Positions 14,951 through 28,641 of a stretch of DNA of 64,000 nt are shown one piece after another. Origin of the DNA: Octopus sinensis (lineage: Eukaryota); contig NC_043012.1 of the NCBI RefSeq assembly GCF_006345805.1, positions 50,406,001-50,470,000 on the forward strand, in the 5' to 3' direction. Each line of letters begins with the position of its first letter. Position 1 is the stretch's first letter. The notes below the pieces were generated by a model that was given only the letters and a program-made list of their open reading frames with translations, did no database searches and had not been told where the DNA came from. A program made the translations under genes and the position numbers.

Positions 14951-15742
14951 GTGTATATGCATATATACTTACGTATATGGACATACCCACATCTATACGT
15001 ATATATATAAGCATACATTGGCACAGAAAGTCATAAAACGTGGACAACAAAAATATACGAAGTGCAGGAAGTCATGGAACATGAACTATTCTTTCGAACA
15101 ACGAAAGACATAAATATAAGACAAAACAAACATCATAAAGAACTACACTTCATATGTTTTGGGCTGTATGCATGTATATATATGTATAGATATATATATA
15201 TATAATAAATTAATAAATAAATAAAACATATGCTTATATACATACATATATGTACGTACCTACCTCTACATGTATATATACATGCATATAGTGTACAAGA
15301 CACAAAAAAAAAACGTCGAACACAATGAGAAACGAAAACATAAACACAAAACGAAGGAAATGGACATGTTTCTTAAACAACAAAAAAATAGAGTACAGGA
15401 CATACAATACAAGGAAAATTCCCCTTCTTCAGTCGCCTTTGTTTCATCTACTCCACGTTTTCGAAGGTCAAGGCGATACATTACTTTAACGAAACATTCC
15501 TTCCCGCGAAATGCAAATTAAATAAAATTTGAGATGTTTTTGCGGAGGGGTAAAAATGGTAACAAAAACAGGACAGTAACGACAGTAAAAAATATAAACA
15601 GTAAAAGACAGTAAAAGACAGGACAAGGAGAATAATAGTAACACAGACAAGAAGGGCTGTTAAGCCGAACGAGATAAAATATTACGAACGCTATTTTTGA
15701 GAACGGCGAAGGAGCCACAGAAATGCCATATGGAGGAGGAAG

Positions 15743-15970
<228 letters not shown>

Positions 15971-16650
15971 TATATGTATGTATATATATTATGTATATAA
16001 TTATATGCCTGAACGCCACGCATCCCCTTCCAAGTAAGTTTACATATATATATATATATATATGTGTGTGTATATAATGCATAATGTTGTATATGAAACC
16101 TTCTAGCAGTCGGTCCTTCCCAATTTGTCTTCCTTTTTATACATACACGGGAGTGATTTGCATGTATGTATGTATATATGTATGTTTTCTGCACACACGC
16201 ACTAATTATGTCTCCATAATTTGAGGTCTCCATATCCTTTGAATTTGTTTTGTATTTGTATTTATGAGAGTAATTAGTCTTCACTAGATGTCCCTTCTAT
16301 CGTACCTCATAGCAAACCAATACGGAGGAGTATAATGCAGATTTCTACTGAGGTGAAATTATTTCACATGTCTAGACCAATCTACAGGCTATGCATTGTC
16401 CAATATAATTTTTTCTTATTTACAGATAAATGCATGTATAGAAGGCTAGCTCATCACATCATAAAATCATGGTTACACCATTGTTTTAGATCTGCGTGTG
16501 TATAAAAATTTTCGATTATATATACAACTAGCACTATGACCCGGCAACGACGGGTCATAATGCTAGTAAATATATATATAGTTATATATATACATACATA
16601 CATACATACATACATAATACATACTACATACTACATACATACATACATAA

Positions 16651-16727
<77 letters not shown>

Positions 16728-18020
16728 GTTAACTTTTTTATTACACTAACTTTTAAAATATTTTTGATAAGGTTCGTTTTTTCAAGATGGACCGAAGGAT
16801 GTAAAATTTCTAAGAAAATTAGAATTGATCTTATATAGTGGCATTTTCAAACTTCAATAAGAAGTACGTAGAAGCGTTTCATAATTTTTTGTTCATCAAG
16901 TGTTGAATTATTCTTTTAGACCAGTATTTCTCAACGGGGATTTCAGGGGAGAGTTTCAGGGAGTCGCTGGCGATATATCGTGATGATCAAGAATCCGGCC
17001 GGCTAAAATTTGATTAAAGTGATTCAAACTGCAGACTCAACGCAAAATGGTCACATTTACCTCAAAGCGTTAAAAATGTTATGAAAACAATTGGTATGTG
17101 TTCACAAAGTCCAAATGATTAATACGAAAAAACATTCCAGGCTACATCCCGAAAATTCATTTTTTTGCCGAATTTCTATAATGTTTACGGCGATTCGTTT
17201 TTATATCTTGATTTTTTTTTCATGCAATTTACGCATGCTCGCACGTGTGGTGAACACAGTTCACGTCAAACAGCTGACTGAGTAAAGCTCACTATTCAAT
17301 GCATGGGATAAGGACTAAACAAACACATTATCGATTTTTGCACTTGCGAGATGAATTTCGGAACAGAAATAGCGCAGTTCAATTTTCATTCGCCGAAACT
17401 TTAAGTGACCCACTTTTGGTGGTTCTACGCTTTGTTGGCTAGGAGGAGATGTGCCGGGAAGTTAAACCCACAGGCATACACACAGATACGCACACATACA
17501 CACAAGTTGAGTTTTATATATATATATAGATGTATCGAATCATTATACTAGAAAAAAATCAGCATGGTATGGTCATTAAAGAATAAGTATATATGTAATA
17601 AATATATTTGGTATGATGTCAGTTGTAATGCTGGATCTACGTCTACGAAATTGACAGTCCTTAATGTAAACAAAACGCAGAAAAGGGATAGAAGAAGTAA
17701 AGGAGTTAAATTGAATAAAACTTATTTCGAAACTGTTTAAAATGCATAAAACAATAAAATAAAATATTATGTAGGAGGACTGCTGTAGATATGAAGATTA
17801 ACCACAATAGTTGTTTTCAATTAGGGTTAAAATGTCGAAGGCCTCCAAATACATTTACCCTCAATAACTCTGTTGGAATCAAAACAAGTGTCACGCACAC
17901 ATGGAGGCGGATATACTGATTAACATACTGAAAATCTACAAAACTTCAAGCAAGTCAACCCATTCGCATACGTATATACCACACAGAGACGAACATTAGA
18001 AACATACACATACACACATG

Positions 18021-18139
<119 letters not shown>

Positions 18140-19980
18140 TATATTAAGTGTAAACATATATATATAATAACCAATTATGAATATTATGTAAATTCTGCAA
18201 TAAATCACGCAGTGAGATTAACAACCTATTCCTTCGGTAAAGAGCTTACTTAAGGTCTTGAATCTCTTTGCACTTTTCAGGTCCGTTGGAATTATCACAA
18301 ATTACACTTAAAGAAAAGGTTTGTCGCATATCTCGAGCTAAATTTGTACTTTCATTCACTGATAATTATAGTGAATTTTAAACTGCTTACTCTATTATAT
18401 GGAATGCACAACCATATATAGGTAACGGAGGCTTTTATGGGCCATGTGTATCTAAGGCTTTCCATATGAATAAAATTATATTGCTTTTTATCAATCAGCG
18501 TGATGAATTGATTATAAGATGGCAACACCCTAAATATAAGTTTTCTAGAATATCCAGCATAGCGAAGCTTTCCGCTACAGTATGTGATCCCTTTTTCGCA
18601 ATACACAATGTGCATGTTCTTTAATTTTGACTTTTCATAAATGACATGGCCAGAAACTTCTTAAAAGACGCGTCCCCTGACACGGACAACTACATTATCT
18701 TTGAAAGACAGAAAATAGTAGTGTTTCATCTTCACCAAAGGAAACATGACTGAGAAGATGAAATTTCTGACAGATAATTCGAAGGTGACATATCAAACTC
18801 CCTGCGTTAAGTAATAATACTTCCGTGAAAGGGAATGATTTTCATGGAGATTTCCATTGGTATTTTGATTGGTTGGTTCGCCATGAAAACGCAGCCTGAT
18901 ACTTAATAACAATTGAAAGAAATATGATGTAAGCTTTTTCTTGTCAAACTTGTATGAAAGGAGTATGTAGAGAAACAAGAATCGCAGACGGGCAGAGAAG
19001 CAAGAGGATCCATTTAAATGAGATTTCAGACTAGAAAACAAATTTTTTCTCTGAATACATGCATTACTACTATGAAACCAAATCAGACTTGTAGGTCTAT
19101 CCTACTTGGCCTAGTTTATGCATCTTAAAAAAATAATGAAATATAAGTGGACACTAAACAGGGACAAACTCCTGGAAAAACAAGGAAATACAGTATATAG
19201 TATAGACGATTCTCCAACTACAGTAAAAAAATGTGTACATATATATGTGTATATATGTATATAAATATATGCATGTTTATATATATCTGTAAATATGCGT
19301 ATTTACTTCTACATTTGTCGTCTCTCGCTTCTTTCTTTCTCTTTCGCTCTCTCTCTATCTCTCTCTCTATATATATATACATATATACGGGGGGATTGCG
19401 TGTGTGTTTTGTGTGTATGTACGTATGTATGTATATGCATATGTTAACACACACATATTTATGGATGTATATACAGAGATACATAGATGAAGGTATGGAT
19501 ACATTTCCTTTGCCACTGAAAGCCACTCCTATAAAACAAACTGAGAGAAATGCAAATAAGGGTATGTTTATTTGTTATATAAAACTACATTAGCATTGTT
19601 ACGGCATCATACTAAATTAATGATGTGATATAAGTGCGAAAATACTTTAGATGTACCTGTCCCATGTTACTAAATTATAAATCTATGTATGAGGTGAATT
19701 TGCACTAGATTTGCAGTAGGCTTACAATGCATTACATATGATAAGCGCTGGGAAGGGAGGTAGAGATATGGGGAAGGTTTATGTTGGCGTTGTTTCAAAG
19801 TTCTATTCGTGTTTTATTCGTAACTCTGTCTGCTTATAAATGTATCAACTCATGGAAGGATGAATATTGAATACCATGATTATTTATTGCTGCCATATCT
19901 TTTCCAAAAACAGCACATTCCTTTATAAAGCATAAAATAATAACAATAATAATAATAATATTAATAATAATAATAATAAT

Positions 19981-20014
<34 letters not shown>

Positions 20015-20739
20015 TAATAATAATAACGAGCAAAATCCGGACAAAAATAATAACAGCTACAACAACAACAATGATATTAATATTAATAAAAATAATATTA
20101 ATAAAAGACAACAAAAATGTAATTTCCTTATGTTGATATTTCTAATTAGAATTTCGGGAAATAGTATATTTTAGGCAAATGCTTAAGTGTACTTCGATAT
20201 TGTATTTTTGTTTGTAATTACTATTCCTTTTTTTTTTCCATTTCTTTTCATTATTTTGTCCAATGGAATTCACTTATACGTGCTAAATTAGTTTTTAATG
20301 TAATTTCGCATAACATGTCAGGAATATATAAGTTAGCTTGCCTATATTTGTATGTTATGATTTATGCTTATTAACTGTCTACGTATGAATGTTTATCTTT
20401 GATATATGTAACAATTTTTCAAGTTTCCATAACTTACAATAGCAGTTTGATTTGATTTTTTTCGTGCGTGTGGTGTGTATTTGTGTGGTGTTTTGTATGT
20501 ATGTATGTCTGTATGTATATGTGTGGTAGTAATGATGATGGTGATGACGAGGGTGATGATGATAGTGATGAGGATGAGGATGTTGATAATAATGATGATG
20601 ATGATGGCAGTAATAAAAATTTACAACTTGGACACATATCTACACATCTTAGAATGGATGGCGACTGTTATTTAATTCCCTCCAGCAGTGCGATTATCTA
20701 GTGGAGCATTGTCTGTGTCCCGAATGGCAACAACCAGAA

Positions 20740-20930
20740 AAACAACAACAACAACAACAATAATAATACTAATACTAATACTACCACTACTACTACTATT
20801 CATAATAATAAGAGTAATAATAATGATGATAATAATAATAATAATAATAGTAATAATAATAATTAGAAGAAGAAGAAGAAGAAGAAGAAGAAGAAGAAGA
20901 AGAAGAAGAAGAAGAAGAAGAAGAAGAAGA
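20740..20930. repeat. Compound trinucleotide microsatellite (ACA/ATA/CTA/AGA)
   Basis: Directly visible; source of the poly-T/I/R N-terminus of ORF 20688-21368. Confidence 0.95.
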
Positions 20931-21397
20931 AACAACCATACTCTGGGATATGCCGATACACATAGAGAAATTAAGGCCAACAGACCAGATATAGTTGTCA
21001 GAGATCATGAAGAAACAAAATGCTTTCTAATTGATGTATCAATACCAGCAGATGACAACGTGTCTCTAAAAGCCATGAGGAAACTTTCAAAATACAAAGA
21101 CCTGGAAATAGAGGTAACCAGAATGTGGAATCTAAAAACAGAAACAATTCCTAACATAGTAGGTGCATTAGGCATGATAAAAAAATATTCAGACAAATAC
21201 ATAACAAAAACACCAGGACTTACAAATACATATAACATACAGAAAATTTCACTACTAGGCACTGCACACATCCTACGCAGAACACTTCCATACAATAACC
21301 ATCAGAGCATCACAACAAATCACAGCACATACCCAAGGCACACAAAGCTGCGCTCGGTAGTGAAGTGAAAGCACGCTTAAAAAATAAAACTACTGAA
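20931..21397 (+). mobile_element. 5'-truncated non-LTR retrotransposon, R4/Dong-like (restriction-like endonuclease domain + 3' UTR)
   Basis: Translates TILWDMP..REIKANRPDIVV..CFLIDVSIPADDNV..KLSKYKDLEIEV..W..IVGALG..LLGTAHILRR: PD..D..K REL endonuclease motif of R2-superclade elements; one frameshift; ends in ctactgaa then (TAA)n. Confidence 0.88.

Positions 21398-21472
<75 letters not shown>
21398..21472. repeat. (AAT)n tract separating the two R4/Dong-like elements
   Basis: Directly visible pure tract. Confidence 0.98.
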
Positions 21473-21474
<2 letters not shown>

Positions 21475-22830
21475 TTAGAGTAAATTGTAGGGACATAGAA
21501 TTGCCAAGCGGAGAGAGAGAATGGGAGACCCGGATGAAGATGGGTACAAATACTTTGGTATCCTGGAGCTAGACAATATCTTGCACAAATAAATGAAAGA
21601 CAAAGTCGTCACTACATATTTCAAGCGCCTCAAAATTCTCTTGAAATCAAATCTCAACTCAAGGCACCTTGTGACTGCAATCAACATATTGGCTGTTGCT
21701 GTAATCCTCTATATTGCACCCACCTTGAAATGGACACAAGCGGCGATTGACGACATCGATCGCACTGCCCGAAAGACAATGATAATGCATGGCGCCCTCC
21801 GCTCCAAGGAAAATTTGCGCAGGCTCCACATGAAGAGAGGCAAAGGTGGACTTGGGCTGATTAGCGTACAGGAGTGCAACAACATTGAAAGAAGAAATAT
21901 GGCATAATATTTGATAAACAGCAAACAAGATCCACTACACTATGCTGCTAGTGCAGAAGGAATTAGCAAAAATGAACATGATAGTTCTCATGTATTCCGA
22001 TGAAAAATTCCTTACGGAATAACATAGTAAGTTACACCCTGAAACTAATGAGTTAAAAAGCGAGGAAGCATCATGGAGAGGTGTCTCAACAAGGCTAACA
22101 TAAGAAAAGAATACTGAAATGGAAATCATTGCTGCTCAGTACGAGGCATTGAATGCAAACTGGGTGAAAAAAGTATATACACCACAGAAGTGCAACGGTC
22201 TTCTATAGAATGTGGGGCAAGAAGGTCGAAAGCGTGTCTCACATTGTTAGTGCTTGTGAAAGTCTTGCGCAGAAAGGGTACAATCGTAGACACGACAATG
22301 CAGCCTAAATGTTTCACTGGCTACTATGCCGTAAGTATGGATATGAGGTTACGGGTGCTTGATACCAACATACACAGGAAAATGTAATCGACGGAAAGAG
22401 GAAAAGCAATAATCCTCTGGGACTTTCACTTCCGGACAGACGAGATATTAGAGCACCGAAGGCCGTATATAGTAAGCTTTAGGAGGGACAAACAAGAATG
22501 CCTTATAATTGACGTGGCAATGCCAGGAGATCAACATATCAAAGATTGATAAATATGGAACCCTGAGAATTGAGATCACTAAGTTGTGGCAGCTACGAGA
22601 GTCAAATATAAAGTTTATCTCTATAATCATCGGAGGATTGGATTCAATACCACCCAATCTGAAAAAAATCTGAAAACCTTAGAAATACCCTACAATCTAG
22701 ATGTATTGCAAAAGTCGGCATTACTTGGAACTGCACGCATATTACGTAAAGTACTATCTATCTGAGGTACTTGTGACTTGATAAGCAGTACAAACCCTCG
22801 GTAGTCATATCTTCAATCAAAATGAAATTT
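21473..22830 (+). mobile_element. 5'-truncated decayed R4/Dong-like non-LTR retrotransposon (RT C-terminus, CCHC knuckle, REL endonuclease)
   Basis: GYKYFGILELDNI*MKDKV..AINILAVAVILY..KWTQAAIDDIDR..RLHMKRGKGGLGL; RMWGKKVESVSHIVSACESLAQKGYNRRHD (degenerate CCHC + RHD); ILWDFHFRTD..HRRP..IIDVAMPGD..LQKSALLGTARILRKVL* (stop 22763-22765); several stops and frameshifts. Confidence 0.9.
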
Positions 22831-22901
22831 GTAAATGCTAATCACAATCTGTTTGGTCGCGTCCCCCACAAACTATTTCACCGAAATCATGTGAGAAAAA
22901 G

Positions 22902-22994
<93 letters not shown>

Positions 22995-23183
22995 ATATAT
23001 ATATATATATGTATTCCTTCCGGTTTTTCGAATCAAAATGTGACCACGTGTGTACTGTTGGCGATTTGTTAAACTCTGTCTTCCCTTCTCTGGATCTTTC
23101 CTTCTTTCCTGAGCGTCCAATAATACTATATTGGTTCCACGTCCTCGCGTTGTTGTGCTTTTTTTGTGCTTTCTTGTTTGGAT

Positions 23184-23219
<36 letters not shown>

Positions 23220-24292
23220 GAGAGTGAGAGAGAGAGAAAGAGAGAGAGAGTAAGTGAGTGAGAGAGATTGAGTAAGAGAAAGGGAGAGAGAAAGAGAGTG
23301 CGAGATTGAGAGAGAAAGGGGAATAGAGAAAACAGCTTGAGGTTCACGGACAAATGAATAAAGCATCAGTCAACAGGTTCGATATGATTGATTGATGAAT
23401 GCATCCTGTATACGACAGCAGTCGTTCCACATTACATGACTGAAGTAATACTCCTTGCACATTGATCGAGTACACAAAATACACTTTCTGCAATGTGTGC
23501 ATATGTGATAGAGACATAGGAAAATTCAATGAATTAAAAATATACTGTATCATGTGGAATAACTAGGAAAATTATTTCATGAAATGTCTGTAAATGGTGC
23601 CATAGATGAATGAGATGCGTATAATCTTGTGTTGAGTAAGAACATAGAGTGATCTCCTACTTGAAAGAGATGAAAATTAACATTGTAGAAGGAATAGAGC
23701 TGACGGAGTTAAAGAAATCACTATTGATGACTGTCTTCATGTTGTTTCCATGACTACATGTCTGACGATCACAATGCGTATGACAAAGACATATACAATA
23801 TTTTTTCCCGTGAAGTAACGATTTTTCATAAAATATGTGTGTATTTGTGCATTCGATATTTCTCTACAAACATCCATTGGTCAGACACACAAAGAAAACT
23901 TGAAATCGTTACCAAGTTACGTTAGCGTTATGCTCGAGTCGTTCTCATATAAAATGATGAGCTATCATCGTTTTTGCCTTTTTGCACACGAATTATGCCT
24001 ATGTAGAGAAATATAACGTCTTACGTGAAGTATTCTTTGAAAATTTAGTGTCAGCAAGGAATTGAATGATGCCTTAAACTGATGTTTAGAAATAAGGACT
24101 TGAAGTTGAAGTACGAGACGAGAGATTACAGATGTTCAAAAATAAAATCTTCGATAGAACAAAGCATAGGAATAAAGCAGTGTTTTGAGACTGAAGAGTT
24201 ACGATTAATAGTCTGGAAATGTTTAGTTATTATCATTATAATATCCCTAACCGGCAGTTATGTTACTTAGAGCATGGCACATTAATCTAATA

Positions 24293-24346
<54 letters not shown>

Positions 24347-24517
24347 AGTGTGTGTATGTGTATGCGTGTGAGTGTATATATATATATATATATGTATGTA
24401 TATTCATATCTATATGTATGTGTGTATGTATGTATATACATATGTATGTATATGGCCGCACTACTCAAACAACTAGTTCAACATTTAAATCAATAATAAT
24501 AATAATAATAATAATAA

Positions 24518-24548
<31 letters not shown>

Positions 24549-24550
24549 AA

Positions 24551-26190
24551 TCTTTTATTTATTGGCCACTAGGGCTGAACACAAAGTATAGCGAACGATA
24601 CGCAGACGAGGGACAATGAGGTTAAAATTTTAAACAGCCCCTCCAGCTTCCACAGTAATGACTCGAGTGCCAGTAAGTAGAATAGGGCTGATAGTGGCCT
24701 TACTTGTCGGATCGAACGTGCGATACTAAACGATTGCAAGAGGAGGCCATTTACTTTAACCACGGAACAGATTTCGCTATACATTGCAGCGTTGCAGCCT
24801 CTGAAAACGGGACCAAAACAAGCCGCCTTGAGAACAGCCTTCAAGTATAGATGGTGGACCATATCAAAAGCTTTCGATGGATCCAAAAGTATTAGGGACG
24901 CACCCATGCCATGTTCTTTAACAAGCCTCTCTATGATGTATCATGTGAAGTGGAGGTTGTCATGTATATTTTAGTTAGGGATAGTGATAGTCGGCGCATC
25001 ACCAACCAGTCTGTCAACGAGAAGCGCCAACCTCTTCGCTAACACCTTGGCCAAAATTTTGTAATCTGTATTTAGCTCAGCTAGAGGCCTAAAGTTATCA
25101 ACAATGTGCCCATTGTTGGGATCCTTTCTCAGTAGCGGTTGACTCTTCTCCAAAAGCTCACCAAACAAGTTTGGTATATGTATATAATGCTCGAAGGTCA
25201 GACCAGCCAATCCTAGACACATCTCCCTCGTGCAACTAGCCACCACGTCGGTTATATATTCAGCTGTTATCTGCATTTCGCATAACTCCACGTCCCTGGC
25301 CGAAAGCCACGGCGTACCATCAAGGTAGCAAATGAAGTTGACCTCCGCCTCCGTACCACCACGTGCCGTGTAGAGTTCAGCAAAGTGCCGCTTAAATTCC
25401 GCAAAAATCTGCTTCGATTCTTTTAGCATGCGCCCGTCCCTACTTCTCAAATACCACATTGGGTCTCAGCCACCAGACCCATCGAACGGCTTTAGAGCAC
25501 GCATCCTAGCCCTAACAATGTAACATTCATGCTTGGTGTCGAAGAATTGGTTCAGAACCAATCTCGCTGCTAGCACCTCGGTCCTATGCCTCTACGCGTG
25601 AATCATTTAATTTTCTAACTAGGTCTCCCTCTACTCTAGTTTTTGTCAGTTGTTCTCCGCTAATTCTGCAGCTTCTACTCTTATTGCACGTTTTAGGCCC
25701 CACCACCACTGGTTGTTAACGACTGCCCTCCCCCTCCCCGTCAACATTTGATGGACTATTTTGGTTAACCGGTCTCTGGGAGCTTGACGCGCCGGGGAAG
25801 ACGTGTTAAGCTTCCAGTATCCGTGTCCCTACCTATGGAGCCTATTTGGGCAGCCGTGCAGATCACAAACTTTTGTTCTGTTTTGTTGACGAACTGAAAC
25901 TTTAGACCTGTCCGCCAGCTGGAAATGACTAAGCAGGTTTGCGAGGTTTACGCACACGCTTTCCTAACCGCTACCTCACGCAATCCACATGTACACTCAA
26001 AATGGCGTTCTATTCGCTCACAAATACTAAAGAGCGAATCATCCATAGACACACCCCCAGGCGTCTGAACTCCGGCTGCCCCGCTCCAGTGAGTGAATAC
26101 ACTGCGAGCAGTCTAAAAAAACAGCCTTCCTTATCGTATCTAGAGTTAATAAAATCTAGAAGGCCTGTTTTACACCATCGTCGGAATTAA
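24551..26190 (-). mobile_element. Decayed Tx1/L1-type LINE (APE endonuclease + RT remnant)
   Basis: Minus strand: FRLLAVYS and SE*NA (degenerate GDWNA), GYWKLN at 25802-25822, NFRPLAELNTDYKILAKVLAKRL, LDPSKAFDMVHH, RSIRQVRPLS..LALESLL; many stops and frameshifts; breaks at SAY of the expected YADD motif. Confidence 0.88.
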
Positions 26191-26339
26191 ATCCTTTTCC
26201 TTTCAAAAGGTGATACAAATTCTGGAAGAAGTGGTAGCCAGTGGGGTCAGCATCAGGTGAGTATGGCGGATGATGAAGAAGTATCAACTCCATCTCCTAT
26301 AGTTTCGCGAATTTCATTTTTGCATCATTTCGTCTAGTT

Positions 26340-26760
26340 TCTGCATCATCCGGTCCAGTTGGTTGCAGTATATTTCGGCAGGCTTCCAAACGTTACTGTT
26401 TCTGATTTTCATTGAGTTCATGTGGAACTCACCTATCTAACTTTTTCACTTTACCGATTTGGGTTAATATTGTTTGCCTGCTAACACCAAACGACAACGA
26501 TAATTCACGGGCACTTTGAGATGGATCTGATTCGACGGAGACTCTCAGTTCGTCATTATCCAACTTTGTTTCTGGGCGACTGCGTTGCTCATTTGTGAGG
26601 TCAAAGTTACCACAACGAAATTTTGCAAACGAATTTGATACTGTCAGCTCTGTAATAACATTAGAATGAAATATTGTTAAATTATAATAATAGCGCAAAA
26701 TGAGCAGGTGTCAAAGTTTACCATATACTTCACTAAAAATGTCATGCTTGACGACCTAAT
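26340..26760 (-). mobile_element. Mariner transposon 5' relic (TIR + HTH region)
   Basis: FAKFRCGNFDLTNEQRSRPETKLDNDELRVSVESDPSQSARELS..GVSRQTIL..IGKVKKLDR*VPHEL matches the mariner N-terminal HTH and WVPHEL motif; end reads TA-ttaggtcgtc, a mariner-type TIR start. Confidence 0.85.
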
Positions 26761-26783
26761 ATATATGTGGTATTGAGCAGATG

Positions 26784-26900
26784 TGCTCAATACCACATAT
26801 CTGCTTGTCAGTTGTTTGACCTGAACTAGTTGAGCATGTCTGTTCGTGGCTGACGATCACAAGAAGAAGTAGTCCCTGATTACAAACAGAAGTAGCGGTG
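26784..26900 (+). mobile_element. Probable SINE body fragment
   Basis: tgctcaataccac..tgcttgtcagttgtttgacc..gttgagcatgtc..gtggctgacgat resembles a cephalopod SINE body from memory; single copy in the window. Confidence 0.4.
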
Positions 26901-27145
26901 GTGGTGGTGGTGGGGGCATCAGAATCATGTGTATTTGTATTTTACTCCAGGGTCACTTTGATGGCATGCACTGCTATCTCACTCAACAACAGCAACAACA
27001 ATATTAATGATAATAATACTAATAATGATAATAATAATAAAAATAATAATAATAACAATAACAACAATAAAAAAACGACAGCAACATAAGCAACAATAGT
27101 AGTAGTAGTAGTAGCAGTAGTAGTAGTAGTAGTAGTAGCAGCTGC

Positions 27146-27196
<51 letters not shown>

Positions 27197-27364
27197 CAAC
27201 AGCTGAAGAAAGATGAATGAGCAAAGTCCAAATTGTTTCATGCCCAACGTTTCTTAAAGTAATTTCGCTCCTCTTCAATAGACGCTTATATATACATATA
27301 CATATTCACGCTTATATATACAGAAGCACGCGTATGTATTCACACGTGCATATGTATATATATA

Positions 27365-27891
27365 TAGAATAACCCTCTTTAGCCCTTAATTATATGATGT
27401 TTATACTTCAACCGTAACGGTTTTTTAAAATATACTGCCCACGCTTCCTGATGGATTCCTTTTCTGTAGAGAAAGGGACTTCATCCCATATTGCTAGTAG
27501 TAAACTCGCTGCTTGCTACGGGAGGACCGGTAACCATTACAATTTGTAGCGGCGAAAGGTCAAGACGTTGTTTCTGAGGCGGACCAAAGAATTTTTATTT
27601 TTAGATATAAATGGTGTACTCAAGTGTAGTTATGTTTTTAGCTTGTGCTTTTTCCATGATCATACGTGAGTATTTTATTTATATCCCATCGAAAGCTCTA
27701 CTGAAGAAAGAATATATCTTTTTTATAAGATTAATTCCGAAATTGATTCAATATAGAGATAACGAAATTTTAATTTTCTAAAGGTTAGTTGCCCGTTTTC
27801 AGTTTCAATTCTCCTGTAGCAAGCGGATTATAAGTGGATAAATCAGTGTATTGGCTTTAGAATAACCCTCTTTAGCCCTTAATTATATGAT
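27365..27891. repeat. Interspersed repeat unit bounded by an exact 34-bp direct repeat
   Basis: tagaataaccctctttagcccttaattatatgat at 27365-27398 and 27858-27891; diverged second copy at 35143-35542. Confidence 0.75.
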
Positions 27892-28199
27892 ATATATATA
27901 TATATACATATATGTATACATACACGCACACACACACACAAAAATATATCTATACATATACGTATAGAGGCGCACGCACATTTATACATAAACGTTCACA
28001 CACAGTTAAATGCATATAGAAATATGTATTTTTTTATTTATAAGCCAATGTACGTAGGCTTATATGCATACATGTGTGCATGCATGTTTAAACCTCTAGG
28101 TAATTTAAACCGATCTTTCGAACCATGTGCCATAAATATGCACACTGATGTCGGAGAATTATATATCGATGAGGACGTGGACGTTAATGTTGATAGGAA

Positions 28200-28359
28200 T
28201 TTTGATGATAATGGTGGTTGTGGTGATGATGAAGATGATGATGATGAGGAGGAGGAGGAGGAGGTGGTGGAGGAGGAGGTGGTGGTGGAGGAGGAGGAGG
28301 AGGATGGTGATGATAATGATGATGACGATGATGACGACGACGACGACGACGACGACGAC

Positions 28360-28401
<42 letters not shown>
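28200..28401. repeat. Compound GAT/GAG/GTG/GAC trinucleotide tract
   Basis: Directly visible; gives poly-acidic ORF 28024-28458. Confidence 0.95.
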
Positions 28402-28402
<1 letters not shown>

Positions 28403-28641
28403 TTGATACCGAAAATACCGAAATTGTACAGAAGAAAAAAGAATGTTTGCTTCTCTAAAACATCATTTAAATATTTGTATTTGCTTTTAATCGAACAGAG
28501 AAATGTTTTATTTCATTTTGTTGGCAAAACTGCGTCGATAGCACTTTAATTTATAAGTATGTTTTGTAAAAGTAACGGTTATAAATTATTAAACATCCTC
28601 TTCACATGTTTACACAATATTACATATATATATATATATAT

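Noticed and set aside
16914-16935. hAT/Charlie-like terminus cagtatttctcaac after ttttagac
   Set aside because: No matching second TIR or TSD found downstream.
20688-21368. 226-aa ORF as an intact gene
   Set aside because: Fusion of a microsatellite (poly-T/I/R) with a truncated retrotransposon endonuclease fragment.
28024-28458. 144-aa acidic ORF (poly-D/E)
   Set aside because: Explained by a compound trinucleotide tract; no domain or splice support.
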